Of a stretch of DNA of 64,000 bases, positions 14,581 through 29,009 are shown piece after piece. Location of the stretch: the NCBI RefSeq assembly GCF_009914755.1, contig NC_060928.1; one strand, given 5' to 3'. Each line of letters starts with the position of its first letter. The first letter of the stretch is position 1. The DNA comes from the human T2T-CHM13v2.0 reference genome, Homo sapiens. Made by a program: the position numbers and the translations under genes. The notes beneath the pieces are model-generated. The model was not told where the DNA came from. It saw nothing but the letters and a program-made list of their open reading frames with translations, and searched no databases.

Positions 14581-17195
14581 CAAGGCTCACAGCAATGGGG
14601 GATTAGATGTTCTGCCTATTTTCATGTAATGTAAAGGAATACTTACGAAAATTTCAAATTTCAGTCAGCAATTTTCTTTTAATTTTATTAAAAATCCCCC
14701 AGGTTTAATGAATATTAAATATTCCAGTGCAATTTACTTCTCAGATTTTTTAGTTTCCTCATTTTAAAAGCCTGGACAGCTGGCTGACCACTTGGCAAAC
14801 ATAAGACCCCCAAAGTAAAATGATAACTCTGGCCGCATGGCCACTTTTCCCTGACAGATTGGAACTCCTCACTGGCCATATTTTAATGTAAAAATTGAAC
14901 TACTGAAATTCAGTCATATGCTTTCTTCCCAGGGAGTCGAGAAGTGTCTTTCTGAGGAGCACGTAGGCATCCATAATAAAATCTGCCATGCCATAGTGAC
15001 CAATTTAAAGTGTATTCTTTTGAAAATTCATCTTTTCTCATTCTAGCACTAAAAACAGAGTGGACAGAAAGACATAATTTAGTGAATTTTCATGAAAGTC
15101 AAGTTATTCTCAAGTTAAACAGGGTTAAAAAAAGAAAAGTTATGTTAAGATTGTTACACAAAGTAAACGTTGTTTTCACTAATGATTGATGCCATTTTAG
15201 CAATTTCTTGTGTGGACTGGTTACTTGAGACATTTTCAGTTCCTGCTTAATAATTATATTCAAGATTTTTTTTAATCTTACATTTTGGAATGAGAATCCT
15301 TTTATCTTAATAACCCCCCACCCCCTCTTTTTTTTTTTAATAAATGCTGATGCTTTGCTGCTTAGCAGCAGTTTTAGAATGATTCTCCTATTACTATGAA
15401 TCAACAAAATAAAACAAAAAATAGGCATTTGAAATGCAATTAAATAATATGTGTGTCATTATCTATGCTGCTTTTACATATTCAATATGAAAAGGGTAAA
15501 GTATGATGACCTTTCAGTCATTAAGCGTGTTCTCTACCAGATAAGGGCTGACCCAACAATAAGTTGTGGTCTAGCCACTTTTACTTAGCAAACATAGAAT
15601 GATGCATTAATAAATGTGTAGTAATAGTTAACTCCTGTGCAATGTAACAGCTTAGAGGTGATGCCATTTTATTTTTAATATTGGAATCATCATGTTGGAT
15701 TCTCAAAAACAAAATACCTAGTGAGATTTTAGTTTAAATGGTTTAAGCTATAATTTTGTGGACAGAGAACTGCTTGCCATACTTACTTTAACTTTAGAAA
15801 TCCCTGCAGAATAATTCCTAAACAAGATTACATACGTGTAGCTCTTAGGGAAAAGAAAATGCCTTTGGAATGCGGTATAAAACAATACAACTTAACTATT
15901 ACTGAGTCTTGCAAAATGTTACACACACAAAAGTAAATCTACAAAGGGATTCCACAGCAAGTCATCTCTGCAAGCAAAAATTACACTTTCACTTGCTTTA
16001 GTTCCCTTCAAGATTGTATTTTAAAATACAGATCACAAGAAAAGTGAACTGAAAAAATATCTTCTTGTATTTCAGTAATGTGGCCTGGAGGTGGTAGCTA
16101 AATAAGCTCTTTACACACACTATTGAATAATCTATATACTTGAATAATTAAAAGCAACAATCCCAGTTTACTCATAAAAAGTTCTTCCAGGGTCCCCTTC
16201 AGAGTAGTTACAGATGTTCCTCTGCTTCCAATCTAAATGAGCTTCAATAAAATGTATTTTACTACCCTCTTTGGTACATTTAGATTCCTAATGAATGTCA
16301 AAAAATTCTCCTTTCCTTCAACCCCATTTAAACAAATTGGAAGCTAAGATCTTTACCTTTTCCAGAAATTATCTAATAGTTTTATCTAAGAAGAACTTCT
16401 TATGAAAATTTTGATGGCTAAGTTAGATCCCCATAGTCCTTAAAACTTGGCTTAAAAAAAATAAACCTTTAAGCAAGGTTCTTATTTTATAAGCCCACAT
16501 ACAAATTGGAACTTAGGGAATCTAATGGGTGGGATCAAGTTGAATGCTATAATGGATGAAATGCTTTGTGGTTTTTTAAGCTAACACCTGTGGGAGACCT
16601 CTTCCTTATCAAAATCTGAATTTTTGATGTCTGATTTTTTTGGGGAGTTTCTTGAGAATGCCCACTAAACTAAGAAGGAGGTTTATGCAATCTCACTGAA
16701 ATAATAACCAGTGGTTAATCTTGAACCAAGTTGCTGGAGTTAACTACCATCACCATCTCTACATGCTCAGAAAAGTTCAATATGGGACCTTTTGATAATA
16801 TATTCAGTAGAATCTCACATTCTGCAAACTGGCTTTTTCCCAAATTCTGCCATCTGATCTGTTTTCTGCTGGTGCCTTTCATTCTTTCTTAAGGCAGGTG
16901 GTCAGAATTGAACAGATAAGTAGTCACCTCATGGTCAAAAAGAAGCTTTTATTGTAATAACGTGGCCCCATGACTGCTAAGTATTTTTCATTGTTCTGGA
17001 GCACAATCAGTAGCATTTTTTTGTCACACCATGCTAATTTGGAAATCAAGACAGTTATTTATTTATTATTAAAATGTATGCACATAGATTCCTATAATAA
17101 GAAAATCATCAGAGAAAAACAAATACTCAATAGACAATATTGCATAGTTCCATTCTTTCTGGAATCTTTATTTCCTCTGTAAGAAAAGGCCCCAA

Positions 17196-17801
<606 letters not shown>

Positions 17802-18529
17802 ATATAACATTTTTCAAAGGATTCTGGTACTTGAATTATCAAACACTGAGGCAATTGAAGCAAAAAATATTATCATTTGTGTGAGTTTGTCATTTATGAA
17901 ACTTTCATGATTTATAAAAACAAAAACCTCTCTCATGAATTAGGAAAATGACATAGTCATGGATAGTCAATTGAAAGAATATTTCACTCAGTTTCTTACA
18001 AGTCATAAGAAGCGTTGGTCATTGACTGAAATAAGAAGTGAAGAGTTGAAATACATGTCTAAGCTTGTATGTATAGATTATGAACTACCTCAAATATCAA
18101 TTTACGTGGACTCTTTGAAAATTTCTCAATACAAATTTTCTCTTAATGGCATTATAATTATTCTAATTGAGACATAAATTTTTGTAAACAAAAGATATAG
18201 CCATTGGAGATTATTGTCTAACATTGTAAAAAGAATATTTAAATTACAACGTTGTAACAAGAATACAGCCATAATTGCTTGCCACATAATGACTCTGGCC
18301 AGCCTTTTGTCATTGATTCAGACTCCTCATTACACAACTGTGAGGAAGATAAGCTTGATAAGAGCAAAGATTTCCTAAAATGTCCCCAGTTGTAGGACTA
18401 ACACAATTCATCATTTTGTTTCATAAGAAGACCAATAGAAAATTACATATTTTAAAACTGAGTGTCCAAAAAAGCATTTTTTTTTTTTTTTAGTTCTCAT
18501 GTCCTATATTCTGTTCCAATCACTTTTGT

Positions 18530-18955
18530 CTTCTTGCTGCATTTGGACACAGATGAGCACACTACTGTCTCAGGGCCTTGCACCTGCTGCTCCCTCTGCC
18601 TGCCATACTCCTCCTGACATCACTATGCTTTACTCCATCCCCCTTCTTTCAAGTTTCTGTTTAAATATCTCTTCATCAGAGAGACCTTCCCTGACCACAC
18701 ATTGCAAATTATCAACTACTTCTTTTACAAAATCCAGCACTCTCTCCCGCTTTACCCTGCTTTACTTTTCCTCCTACCCCTTTGCACCATTTTTTATGTT
18801 ATGCATTTACTGATTTACTGATTTTCTGGTTCTGCAATTAAAATTAAAGTTCCACAAAAGCAGAAACTTGGCCTGTTTTGTTAGTGTATTCCAACACCTA
18901 AAACTATGCTTGGCTTATGATTGTTGCTCGAATAAAGATTTGTTAAATGAATGAT
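18530..18955 (+). mobile_element. L2 LINE 3' end
   Basis: cagggccttgcacctgctgctccctctgcctg, tcagagagaccttccctgaccac, aataaagatttgttaaatgaatga. Confidence 0.8.
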
Positions 18956-19739
18956 TAAAGTCAACATCAGCTACTTAGAGAAGCTATTATGATTCTTCCA
19001 TACAAATCTTACAGCAGAGGAACTACTACATATTCTCAATTTTTAAAAGCGATATATGTATTTGAATATTTCAAGTTTTAATTTCAGTGGCTTACTTTGA
19101 GGATTTTTTTTTTAAGGTGAGTTGCACTTTGTATGGCTGAATAGAGATATGTGTTCTTCCGACATATAACCCCTTCACCCTCATAAGATTATTTGTATGC
19201 CCCTGGATTGTTGGGAGGATAACCCCATTAACAATGTGTCACTTGTTGTTTCTGGGTAATTAGATTCCCATTATCAGCAAATTAAAATATTCCATATTTT
19301 TTCATTTTCCACTTTCTAGATATAGGTCCTAGACTTACTGAAAGCTACAAAGAACAGCCATAATGACAGGCTTGCCATAATTTCCAGAGTTGTCTTATAC
19401 GTGTCATATGCCTCTTTAATCTATTTGGGGGAAATAGGCAGTTCCTGAAGGTTTTTAATTTTTAGGGATTTGGAGAGAGGGGTCGTGTTTAGAGTGACAA
19501 TTTTGGAATAATCCGTATTAGTATTCTGCGAATGGTGTGATTGTGGCATATATATTTTCCTACTGCTGCTTCCTCTTCCTCTGGTTTTGCTTCACATTCA
19601 CACAATTTCAAGGGAGAATACTTGAGATTATTGCCTCTAGTTTTCAATAATTCAAACTGTACTCTCATCACCCATAGTGAATTCCTTGGTCACCTAATTA
19701 GTATAAGATTATATGTATCTATTATAGAACTTAATATAT

Positions 19740-20520
19740 CATAGTTTAGATTTGTGTTTAGCAACTGCAACTGTGATTAGCAGCTGTGTAACTTTAAGTT
19801 TCATCATTTCCTTGTAAAATGGACATAATAGTTACCTCACAATTGTGAGAATTTAATAAGATAATTTTTTTAAATTCAACATATATGTAAATTTCACACA
19901 AGTAGTTTTTGGACACCTGTTAATATTTTTTACTTATCTTTAAAGAAGAATTATTTAGAGAAACTTCAAAAATTCACCCTCTTTTTGTAATAATGGCAAT
20001 ATTAATAGTCGTTACATGCCTTTTTTGTTAATTACAATATTAGTGAATATTAATTATTTATTTTGTGCAAGATACTATGCTAAGTACAACATATACTTTA
20101 TCTCCCTTAAGCATCACAACAGTAGGATGTAGGTACTATTTTATTCTCCTCATCTTAAACCTGAGAAAACTGAAATTTATAGGAGTCAAATAATTTATCC
20201 AGAAGTCACACAGGTCCTAAATGACAGAGGAATCTGAGTCCAGGTTTATTATATCCCATCCTTTTAACCACTATGCCATATTCCTATTTTATGAGTGTCT
20301 TTGACAGTAAAGTATTTGAATGCACAAAGATATATAAGGATTCTATATACATATACTATATCTCTCTATATATTTAGCATATACAGATATTACATACATT
20401 CATATGTATTCAGTTCCACTCTATTAAGAATATTTGTCAATTACTATATGCCACAGTCTTTGTTAAATACTGTCATATATGCAACCATAAATCTAATATA
20501 ATCCTTGACTTCAAGGAGCA
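19740..20520. mobile_element. Cluster of MIR (+, ~19740-19900), MIR (-, ~20050-20280) and L2 tail (-, ~20395-20520) fragments
   Basis: tgtaaaatggacataatagttacctcac; gtaggtactattttattctcc..gagaaaactga; atccttgacttcaaggagc. Confidence 0.6.
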
Positions 20521-20797
20521 GTCTGTGTGTGTGTGAGAGAGAGAGAGAATATATTCTTTAGTGTCCATAAATGTCAGACTGAATAGTTGAACTGAGATTT
20601 TAAAATATTTCAGCAAATACATTAATCATACAAAATTAGTTAATGGGAAATTATTCCTAGAGGTTAAACTGTAGGGCAGCAAAAATGATATTCTTTATGA
20701 TACAGAGAAAAAGTGTGTATGTAAGCACATAATATAGAAAACTGGGAGGAAATATTAAGGGCAAAATAATATTTGTGACTACAATAATCTCCATATA

Positions 20798-22931
20798 CAG
20801 GCATATCTCATTTTATTGTGCTTCACTTTATTATGTTTTGCAGTTACTGAATTTTTGGAAAACCCTCCATTGAGCAAGTTTTTTTTGTTTGTTTATTTGT
20901 TTGTTTGTTTCCAACAGCATGTGCTCACTTAGTGTCACAATGTCACATTTTGGTAATTCTCACTACATTTCAAACATTTCATTACAATTTTGTCTGTTAT
21001 GATGACCTGTGAAGAGTGATCTTTGATGTCACTATTGCAATTGTTTTGGGCTCCATGAACTGCATCCATATATGATAGCAAAATTAATCAACAAAAATAT
21101 GTGTTCTGACTGCTCCACCAACCAGCCCTTCCCCCATCTCTTTTCCTCTCATTGGGTCTTCATATTCCCTGAGACACAACAATATTGAATTTAGGCCAGT
21201 TAACAACTCTACAATGGTCTCCAAGTGTTCAAGTAAAAGAAAAAGTCACATATCTCACTTTTAAAGCTGAGAAATAATTAAGCTTAGTGAGGAAGGCATG
21301 TGAAAAGCTGAGAAAGACTGAAAGCTGGGTGTTTTGCACCAAATAGCTAAGAAGGGAATGCAAAGGAAAAGCTCTTGAAGAAAATTAAAAGTGCTACATC
21401 AGTGAAATCACAAATGATAAGAAAGTGAAGCAGCTTTATTGCTGATATACAGGAAGTTTTAGTGATCTGAATAGAACATTAAACCAGCCACATTTCCTTA
21501 AGCCAATGGCTTATTCAGAATAAGATTCTAACTCTCTAAAAAAGGATTCATTTCAAATATTACTGTTCATTGGCAACGTACCTAGTCACCCAAAGTTCTG
21601 ATGGAGAGGTACAAGGAGATGAATGTTGTTTCCATGTGTGCTAACACAACATCCATCCTGCATCCCGTGATCAAGGAGTAATTTCTACTTTTAATTCTTA
21701 TACTTTAAGAAATACATTTTGCAAGGCTCTAGTTGCCATAGATAGTGATTCCTCTGATAGTCCTGGGCAAATTAAATTGAAAACCTTCTGAAAAGTAGTC
21801 ATCTTTCTAGATACCAATAAAACCATTTGTGATTCATGGGAGGAGATCAAAATATCAAAGTTAACAGGAGATTGGAAGAAGTTGATTCTAATCCTTATAC
21901 ATGATTTTGAGGGGTTCAAGACTTCACTGGGGGAAGTGAATACAGACGTGGTGAAAAAACAGCAAGAGAAACTAGAATTGGAAGTGCAGCCTGAAGATGT
22001 GGCTGAATTACAGCAATCTCATGATACAGCTTAAATGGATGAGGATTTAATTCTTATGGATGAGCAAAGAAAATTGCTCCTTGAGATGGACTCTACTCCT
22101 GGTGAAGATACTATGAATATCGCTGAAATGACAACAAAGGATTTAGAATATCATATAAGCTTAGTTAATACTGCAGCATCAGAATGTGAGAGGATTGACT
22201 TCAATTTTGAAAGAGGTTTTTCAGGGGTTAAAATGTTATCATATAGCATTGCATGCTACAGAGAAATCTTTTGTAAAACAGAAGAGTTAATCTATGTGGC
22301 TAATTTCATTGTTGTCTTAAGAAACTGCTGCAGCCACCCCAACCTTCAGCAAACGCCACCCTGCCCAATCAGCAGCCATCAACATTAAGGCAAGACCCTC
22401 CACCAGCAAAAAGATAACTTGCTGAAGGCTCAGATGATTGTCAGCAATTTTTAGCAATAAAATATTAATATTTTTAAATGTTCTCTTTTTGCCTTTTAGT
22501 TAAACTAATTAATTAGCTCTCATATATATTTTTTTTATTTCAACAGCTCTTAGAATACAAGTGGATTTTGGTTACATGGATGAATTGTACAGTGGTAAAG
22601 TCTGAGATTTTAGTGCACCCATTACCAAAAGTAGTGTGCATTGTACCCAATATATTATTTTTAAATCTCTTACACCCCTCCCATCCTCTGTCCTCTTCTG
22701 AGTCTTCAAAGTTTATTATATCACTCTGTATGCCAATAAATATTTTAAAATTAATATATGTAAATTGTTATGCATAATGTCACTGCATACTTAACAGACT
22801 ACAGTATAGTGTAAACATAACTTTTACATGCACTGGGTAACCAGAAAAAACTGTGTGACTGACTTTATTGCAATACTCACTTTTATTCAGTGGTCTGGAA
22901 CCTAACCCGCAATATCTCCAAGGTGTATCTG
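20798..22931 (+). mobile_element. Tigger1 (Tc1/mariner pogo-type) DNA transposon, internally deleted, both ends present
   Basis: TA|caggcatatctc ... aaggtgtatctg|TA; decayed transposase from atggtctccaagtgttcaagt (~21214); internal jump at ~21537; ORF 22035-22388 is a transposase C-terminal remnant. Confidence 0.95.
22529..22733 (-). mobile_element. Short L1PB 3' end nested in Tigger1
   Basis: ttttggttacatggatgaattgtacagtggtaaagtctgagattttagtgcaccc is L1PB 3' UTR reversed; TSD caataaa(a)tatt at 22455-22466 and from 22734. Confidence 0.85.
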
Positions 22932-23379
22932 TAAAGAGACTAAACCCTAGATTATTGGAGTAAAAATGGAGGTCTACAGTCTATGGGTTTGATGTAATTT
23001 GACATGGAAGGACTTTGATAAATAAACCAGTGAAACATTTCTTCCCATTTTTTAACTAATAGACAAGGAAAAGAAAATCACCTGAGGCATGAAGGAAGTT
23101 GGCCATATTGACACATTGTTATAACAAGAATGTAGTGTCTTGATTTCCCGCCCTGTGGTCTTTCCCATTATATGTGTATTATTTCCACGTATTCATATAG
23201 AGAAGAAAATTATAGCTCTAGACAAGGCCTCAGAATTTTTAGTAAAGTGGGTCTCCAGGTAGCCCATAACAATTGATCAGCATTTTTACATGTGATCAAA
23301 GCTATTTGCCCTTGTTGATATCCTAGGAAAAACTGAGGGCATTAGACTGGAGCATTTAATTGTAGTAAGGAGTCTAACG

Positions 23380-23520
23380 ATGACATAGTTCCAGGAAACA
23401 CACTTAGCTTACCAATGTCTCAGTTTCCTTACCTATATAATGGAGACAACAGTGCTCTACTTTTCCTCAGTTACGGAATGATTGTAAGATTAAGTGAGAT
23501 AGTATATGAGCATTCTAAGA
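23380..23520 (+). mobile_element. MIR SINE fragment
   Basis: tgtctcagtttccttacctatataatgg..gattgtaagattaagtgagat. Confidence 0.65.
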
Positions 23521-23600
23521 GGAAAATAAAAGCTTTAATAATACCTACACCAACACAAGGTATTATAGTTATCTATGCATGGGAAATTTCCTACCAATAT

Positions 23601-24002
23601 TGTGTAAGGCTGTTCTTGCATTTCTATAAAGAAATATCTGAGACTAGGTAATTTATTTTTAAAAAGAGGTTAATTGGCTCACAGTTCTGCAGACTACAGG
23701 AAGCATCATGCTGACATCTGCTCCTGGGGAGGCCTCAGGATCCTTACAGTCATGACGGAAGGTGAAGCAGGAGCAGGCACTTCATATGGCAAAAACAGCT
23801 GGGAGAACAAGAGAGTAGTGGGGCGGTGACACACACTTTTAAATTACCAGGTCTCCCAAGAACTAACTCAATATCACAAAGACAGCACCAAGCCATAACG
23901 GATCCACATGATCCAAACACCTCTCACCAGGCCCCACCTCCAGTATTAGCGATTACAATTCAGCATGAGATTTGGGTGGGAACAAATATCTAAACTATAT
24001 CA
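23601..24002 (-). mobile_element. MaLR solo LTR (MSTB-like)
   Basis: tgtgtaaggctgttcttgcatttctataaagaaata ... gacagcaccaagcca ... aaactatatca. Confidence 0.9.
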
Positions 24003-24049
24003 AAAGCCCAAGTCCAAACTTCTTCCCTTCCCCCTTTTTTTTAACCTAC

Positions 24050-24720
24050 AAGGTTCTCCTTTTTCTTATCTATAAAATGTCACTAATAATACTTATAGAA
24101 CTATGAGGATTAAATGAAGAACATATACAAAAGGCCCTAGCATAAGTTTTTGGCAGAATTCAAACTCAATGAAGTGTTATTATTAGCCTCCTCACTAGCC
24201 ACCTCTCTGGCCAGTGCTAGCATAGTTATTGTTGGGTTGACTCTAATCCCTCAGCATAAATGAGCATGTTTCAGCCACATCCACATAAAAACCAGGAAAT
24301 AAAATCTGGTAAAGGTTTGAGGTTCCCTGGATGGTGATGTATGGGACTGGTTATATTAGTTATGATGTTTTATTTCAGAAAAGCCAGAAAGGGGATACAT
24401 GTGAGCAGAAAGAAAAGTGAGATCAAGTCATTGATAATCCAGAGGGCTACAAGTCTATGACAATGAAAGTATGGTAATGATATCATCATCATCATCATCA
24501 GCAAAGCTAACATGTATTGAAGGCTTGCTAGCTGGCGGACACTACACTAATCTTTTTGTATATATTATTTTACTTAGTCCTATTTACAATCTTAAGAAAG
24601 CCTATTTTATGGCAAGAAAACAGAGACTTGGGGAAATTAAATAATTTACCCCAAATCAAAAATACAAAGTAATAGAGCTAGAATTTAATGCAGACATAAC
24701 TAAATCTTATTCACATAATT
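24050..24720. mobile_element. Two MIR fragments (+ ~24050-24190; - ~24480-24720)
   Basis: tatgaggattaaatgaaga..gttattattag; gctaacatgtattgaaggctt..aagaaaacagagacttgg. Confidence 0.6.
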
Positions 24721-24817
24721 AATATAAAAGCCAGACTATGGTTCATTAATCCAATAGGCTTTTGTTGACTGCAAAGAAAAGGAGGATGGAATAATAAAAA
24801 ATGAAGGCCTTTGGAAG

Positions 24818-24966
24818 TAGAATTTCCAGATTAAACACAGGATGCCTCATTCAACTTGGATTTCAGTTTAAGGAGATATAATATTTTAGAATTATTACGT
24901 ATCAAATATTATATACCTGAAATTCAAATGTATCTCTGGGGTTTATTTGGTACATTTGGAACCTTA
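24818..24966. mobile_element. Palindromic hAT-type MITE (MER53-like)
   Basis: ccagattaaacacaggatgcc..ttggatttcag and ctgaaattcaaa..atttggaacctta form degenerate inverted arms. Confidence 0.6.
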
Positions 24967-25383
24967 TTTATTTGGAAGTAGTGAGGAAAGAGCAAGTGAA
25001 GTAGGTTTTACTCAGTAAAATATGTACATAAGGGACATTTTCTGGCTACACTGGGGGGGCATAATTTAAGAACATGTCTAATGCAAGCTGCTCAATCTCT
25101 TTATTTCATAGAAAAATAAGGCTTTCACAAGATCTAGAATTTTTCCTATAAATATGGCTTTCTATCAGTTTTGTTTTGTTTCCTATCAGATTTTTCTTTT
25201 AGGTCATGGAGTGTCAGAGAATCTAATAGAAGCTCTGGACTATCTCTCCATCAAAAACTTAAACACATGCTCATAGTTCCTCTCTCAAAGTCAATAGTGA
25301 TCATTTAAAACTCATGCTTTAAACCATCAAAAGAAGACAGCAGCTGGACAATGTGCCTTGAAGTCAGAAAGACATGTCTCACA

Positions 25384-25788
25384 CAGCAGTGCATTGATAA
25401 ATGTTTAAACTGACCTGCTGGGGAAGGAGAGCCCTGATTTACACCACCTGCCAATTTCCATGGTATAAATACTCCTGCTATGGCTGATTTCAAGCTACTT
25501 TCATAGCATCACCAAAATATGGAGTTGGGAAGAAATACATAATAGCACACCATTGTATGGAGTGTCATATGTATATGGTAGATGTAAAAACCCCTCAAGA
25601 ATATAGATAATAGTAAAATGCAAGAAAGTCATTAGGATGTAATGAGTTTTCAGTAATTATTATCTTTTTTTAATATAACATATTTAATTGTAAGTGAGTC
25701 TACACGATTTAATTTTTAATACTGGCCATGTTTGACAAATCGCTTGCAAAATCCCTGAAAAATTCTCACTGCCTCAGCCTGTCACTGG
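25384..25788. mobile_element. hAT-Blackjack non-autonomous element (MER63-like)
   Basis: tgccaatttccatggtataaatactcc..atggctgatttcaagctac; aatatagataatagtaaaatg; terminal cactgg. Confidence 0.75.
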
Positions 25789-27654
25789 CTTGACCCCTCC
25801 TCATGGAATTTGTAACTAAGTCTCTTGGTTAACATAAAAATGAGAGAGAAGGTATTTAAAGCACTTAGAAGTTTCTGACAAGAAGCAAGAAATTGTAAGT
25901 GATTTTACTATTGTTGTTACTACTATTAATGTGTAACTTTACTCACAGGAGCTATGTTTCTTAGTAAGTAACACAAGATAATTAATATTCTTGTGTAATT
26001 TTTCTATGTTACCCTTTAAAAGGGCGGATAGTTACACTCTGCTCCTTCTAGTGCCTAAGGCATGTTCTGACAGTAAATTCAATTTTGAAAGGTACACTAT
26101 CTCACTACAAAATACCTAAGTTCAAAATATCACAATATTAATGGAAATTGTCAATTTCAATATAATATACTTCATGAGCCATACTGTGTATATTCAACTT
26201 CCCTGGAAGAGTACATGATTTTTTTCAAAGTATAGCAGGGGTTCACTTGGGCACTGAAGTTTATTTGTTTATTTTCTTTTATCCACACTATCTGCCAATT
26301 TTAGGTGCTCAGAGAATCATTGGATCTCTATTTATATTTATATGCTCTCATTAAAACAGTAATCCTTGCTGGATTTTTAAATTTATTAAATAATATATTT
26401 TCTTCTCTTGTTCTGGTTTCCTTTTCCATTCTTAAATGTGACATAAATATTTAAAGTATTTCTGTTTCTGTATGGTTACCTAAGCATTCAGACACAAGGA
26501 GGGAGCAGCAAAATAAGTAAACTGTCTTTTTAAGTTTCAGAAATTGTCCCTTTGTTTCTATAATATGTTACAGTATGTCTGTAAACTGCAGACACTGTGT
26601 TTCTCTATATCAATTTCTTAAAGCAGGATGAAACTGTAAGGATCCCTTCTATAAGGTCATCATTTATAGAATAACCAAAAATGTGATCAATCAAGTCATT
26701 CCAATGGAGCAATAGCCAGTATGACCTCAACAGACTTTGGCTTTTGGAGCCAGATCGCTTCAGTGACAGACATAACCCTGGTGGGTCGGCAGCATCCTTC
26801 ACTGCTCACTCTGCCATCTGCCACTGTGGAAACTTCATCATTAAAAGCAGAGTTGTTGCTGGACAAATTTGCAAATGGTTTTGGGAGCATTATTATTGCA
26901 CAGAACGTTACCATCTGTAAGTAGGCAAATCTGAATTACAGTATATGTCTACCTAACTCTCTTACTCTACATATAACTTAATAGAAAATTTACATGCATT
27001 AGTCTCAAAACCGGGAACATTTCCTTTGCTATTATGAAATTATAGCCCTGCAAAGGACTTCCAGAGCTTAGCTTTATGCTTTTAAATATACCTGCATTTA
27101 AACCATCACAAATCAAAGAATATTTTATTTTGCGTTTAGTTGTCTATCCTTATTCACAAAGTATTTTTAATTATTTAATATCACTTACATTATTATATTA
27201 CATTATAATATTATTATCACATATTCACATTTAAATATATCTTTTTAAGAAACGCTTCAATTTTGTCTATGACACTGTACCAGGCAATTTGGATACCATG
27301 GAATAAGTTATAAAGAGTATACAAACAATGTAATGGCAACATTAAGTGAGAATTTCCAACTTAGAAGCCAGGCACTATATATATTTATATTCTCTAAGTC
27401 CTACTGCATTGAATTAGAATTACTATAATTATAGTTATTGAATTAGAATTATATAATATTTTACATAGCTATATTATTAATAAGATGTTATTATTATTGC
27501 TATTGTACAGGCAAAGTAACAAGGCAAAGAGAGGTACACTGATTGCTCAAGGTCACAAAGCAAATTCATGAAGCATTTCATATTTTTTGAACAGTACTGT
27601 ATTTTTGAAAAACACAGAGCATAGACGTTAAATCCCTCCCCCAGCACTCCCCGA

Positions 27655-28660
27655 CTCCCATTCTTCAAGTCTCGACTCAAATGTTGCATACTTCAATCCC
27701 TCAGGCAAGATTAATTACTTCTCTTTCTATATCTCCACAAAACTTCGTTCATAACTTCATCACAGCCCTCATAACATCAGATTATTTTAAATTGCATGTA
27801 TCAGTCTATTCCACTAGAATATAAGTGCTCAAAGGCTTGACTTACTTTGCTGCATGAATGAAAGTCTCCTTCTGCAAATTGTGATGATGTGTTGTTTAAC
27901 ATTAGCCAGTTTTAAAATATTCACTTATTCTTGTCAATCACTGTGCTAAGTTGCTGATGATGTAACAGTAAGTCAAGACTGTAATGGTTCCTGCCTTCCA
28001 AAGGTAACACCTAGTAGGTGATACAGATAATCAAAAAGACTAATATAACATAGTGTGATAAGTTTAACAATTATAATGATGATGGTGACAATGATGATAA
28101 GTTAATAGTTAATAGTTATTGAGTACTTTTATGTCCCAGGCCTGGTTCCAAGCACTGCACATGTATTATCCAATTGAATACAACTCAGTAACAGAGGAAG
28201 TACAGAGTACTTTCATAGAAGTCAGGAAGAGGACACTTAACTAAGACTTTAGAAGTCAGTGAAAGCTTCCTTAACAAAGTGATTTCTAAATTAAGAGCTG
28301 AAAAATGAGTAGGAATTAGGAAGGTGATGCGGGATTCCAGGGGGTGGGAGGGTGGTGACAGAAAAGTATGTGTGTGTGTTGGGCAAGGGTTAAGGAAAGG
28401 AAAATATTTCTAACAGAAAACAAAGGCTAATCAATAGATGTATATAAAGGATATTGGGCTTTCTACGTCTAAGTCAGACTATTGGTATCATGGAGCTTAA
28501 TTCTTTTGGAAACAATCACACAAACTAAAAACTGGACCAGATCCATCACCCTCATTTTACAGATAGGAGCGCCAAATCCCAGTTCGAGGAAATGAGTTCC
28601 CCATGCCATGCAGTGTCATTGGCAAGAATCGGGTCCCCAGACCAAGCTCCTTCCGTGATA
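27655..28660. mobile_element. L2 (+, to ~27862), L2 (-, ~27890-28330 with embedded MIR piece) and MIR (-, ~28540-28660)
   Basis: ccactagaatataagtgc..gaatgaa; gtcagtgaaagcttcctt..gagctgaaaaatgagtagga; ctcattttacagatagg. Confidence 0.6.
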
Positions 28661-29009
28661 TCATGCTGCTGCTCTGTGGACTGCTAAACGGTTTCTACTT
28701 CAACCAGCCAGCAGTAAATGCACACAGACAAATAGCATGTTTTATTATTCCCAAACACCATGTTCCAGCTCACGTTCCTCTCTTGATTTTTATTCTGCAA
28801 GAAAAACATAAATTATGGAATATAATAGCACATAACTGCACTTAATCTCTAAACAGACTTGATCTAGAAATTCAATCTTCCTCCCAATCTTCCTCTCAAC
28901 ACATTGGTTCCACCTTGAAAATGTGTCATGACTTTTTATTGTGTAGGCTATAATTCCATCTTAATCATATTTCTAATGGGTACTCTTAGTTGACTCTTAT
29001 TTTGAGGTA

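Noticed and set aside
22035-22388. 117-aa ORF resembling TIGD1/pogo transposase
   Set aside because: Remnant within an internally deleted, stop-ridden Tigger1; no sign of domestication
27405-27460. Duplicated attgaattagaatta unit, and other short repeats that might suggest an array
   Set aside because: Ordinary slippage duplications in AT-rich DNA; no repeat-spacer periodicity, and CRISPR is not applicable to this primate sequence
27800-28000. Tail-to-tail L2 pair, the arrangement that gave rise to miR-28 and miR-151
   Set aside because: No well-paired hairpin or known miRNA sequence is visible
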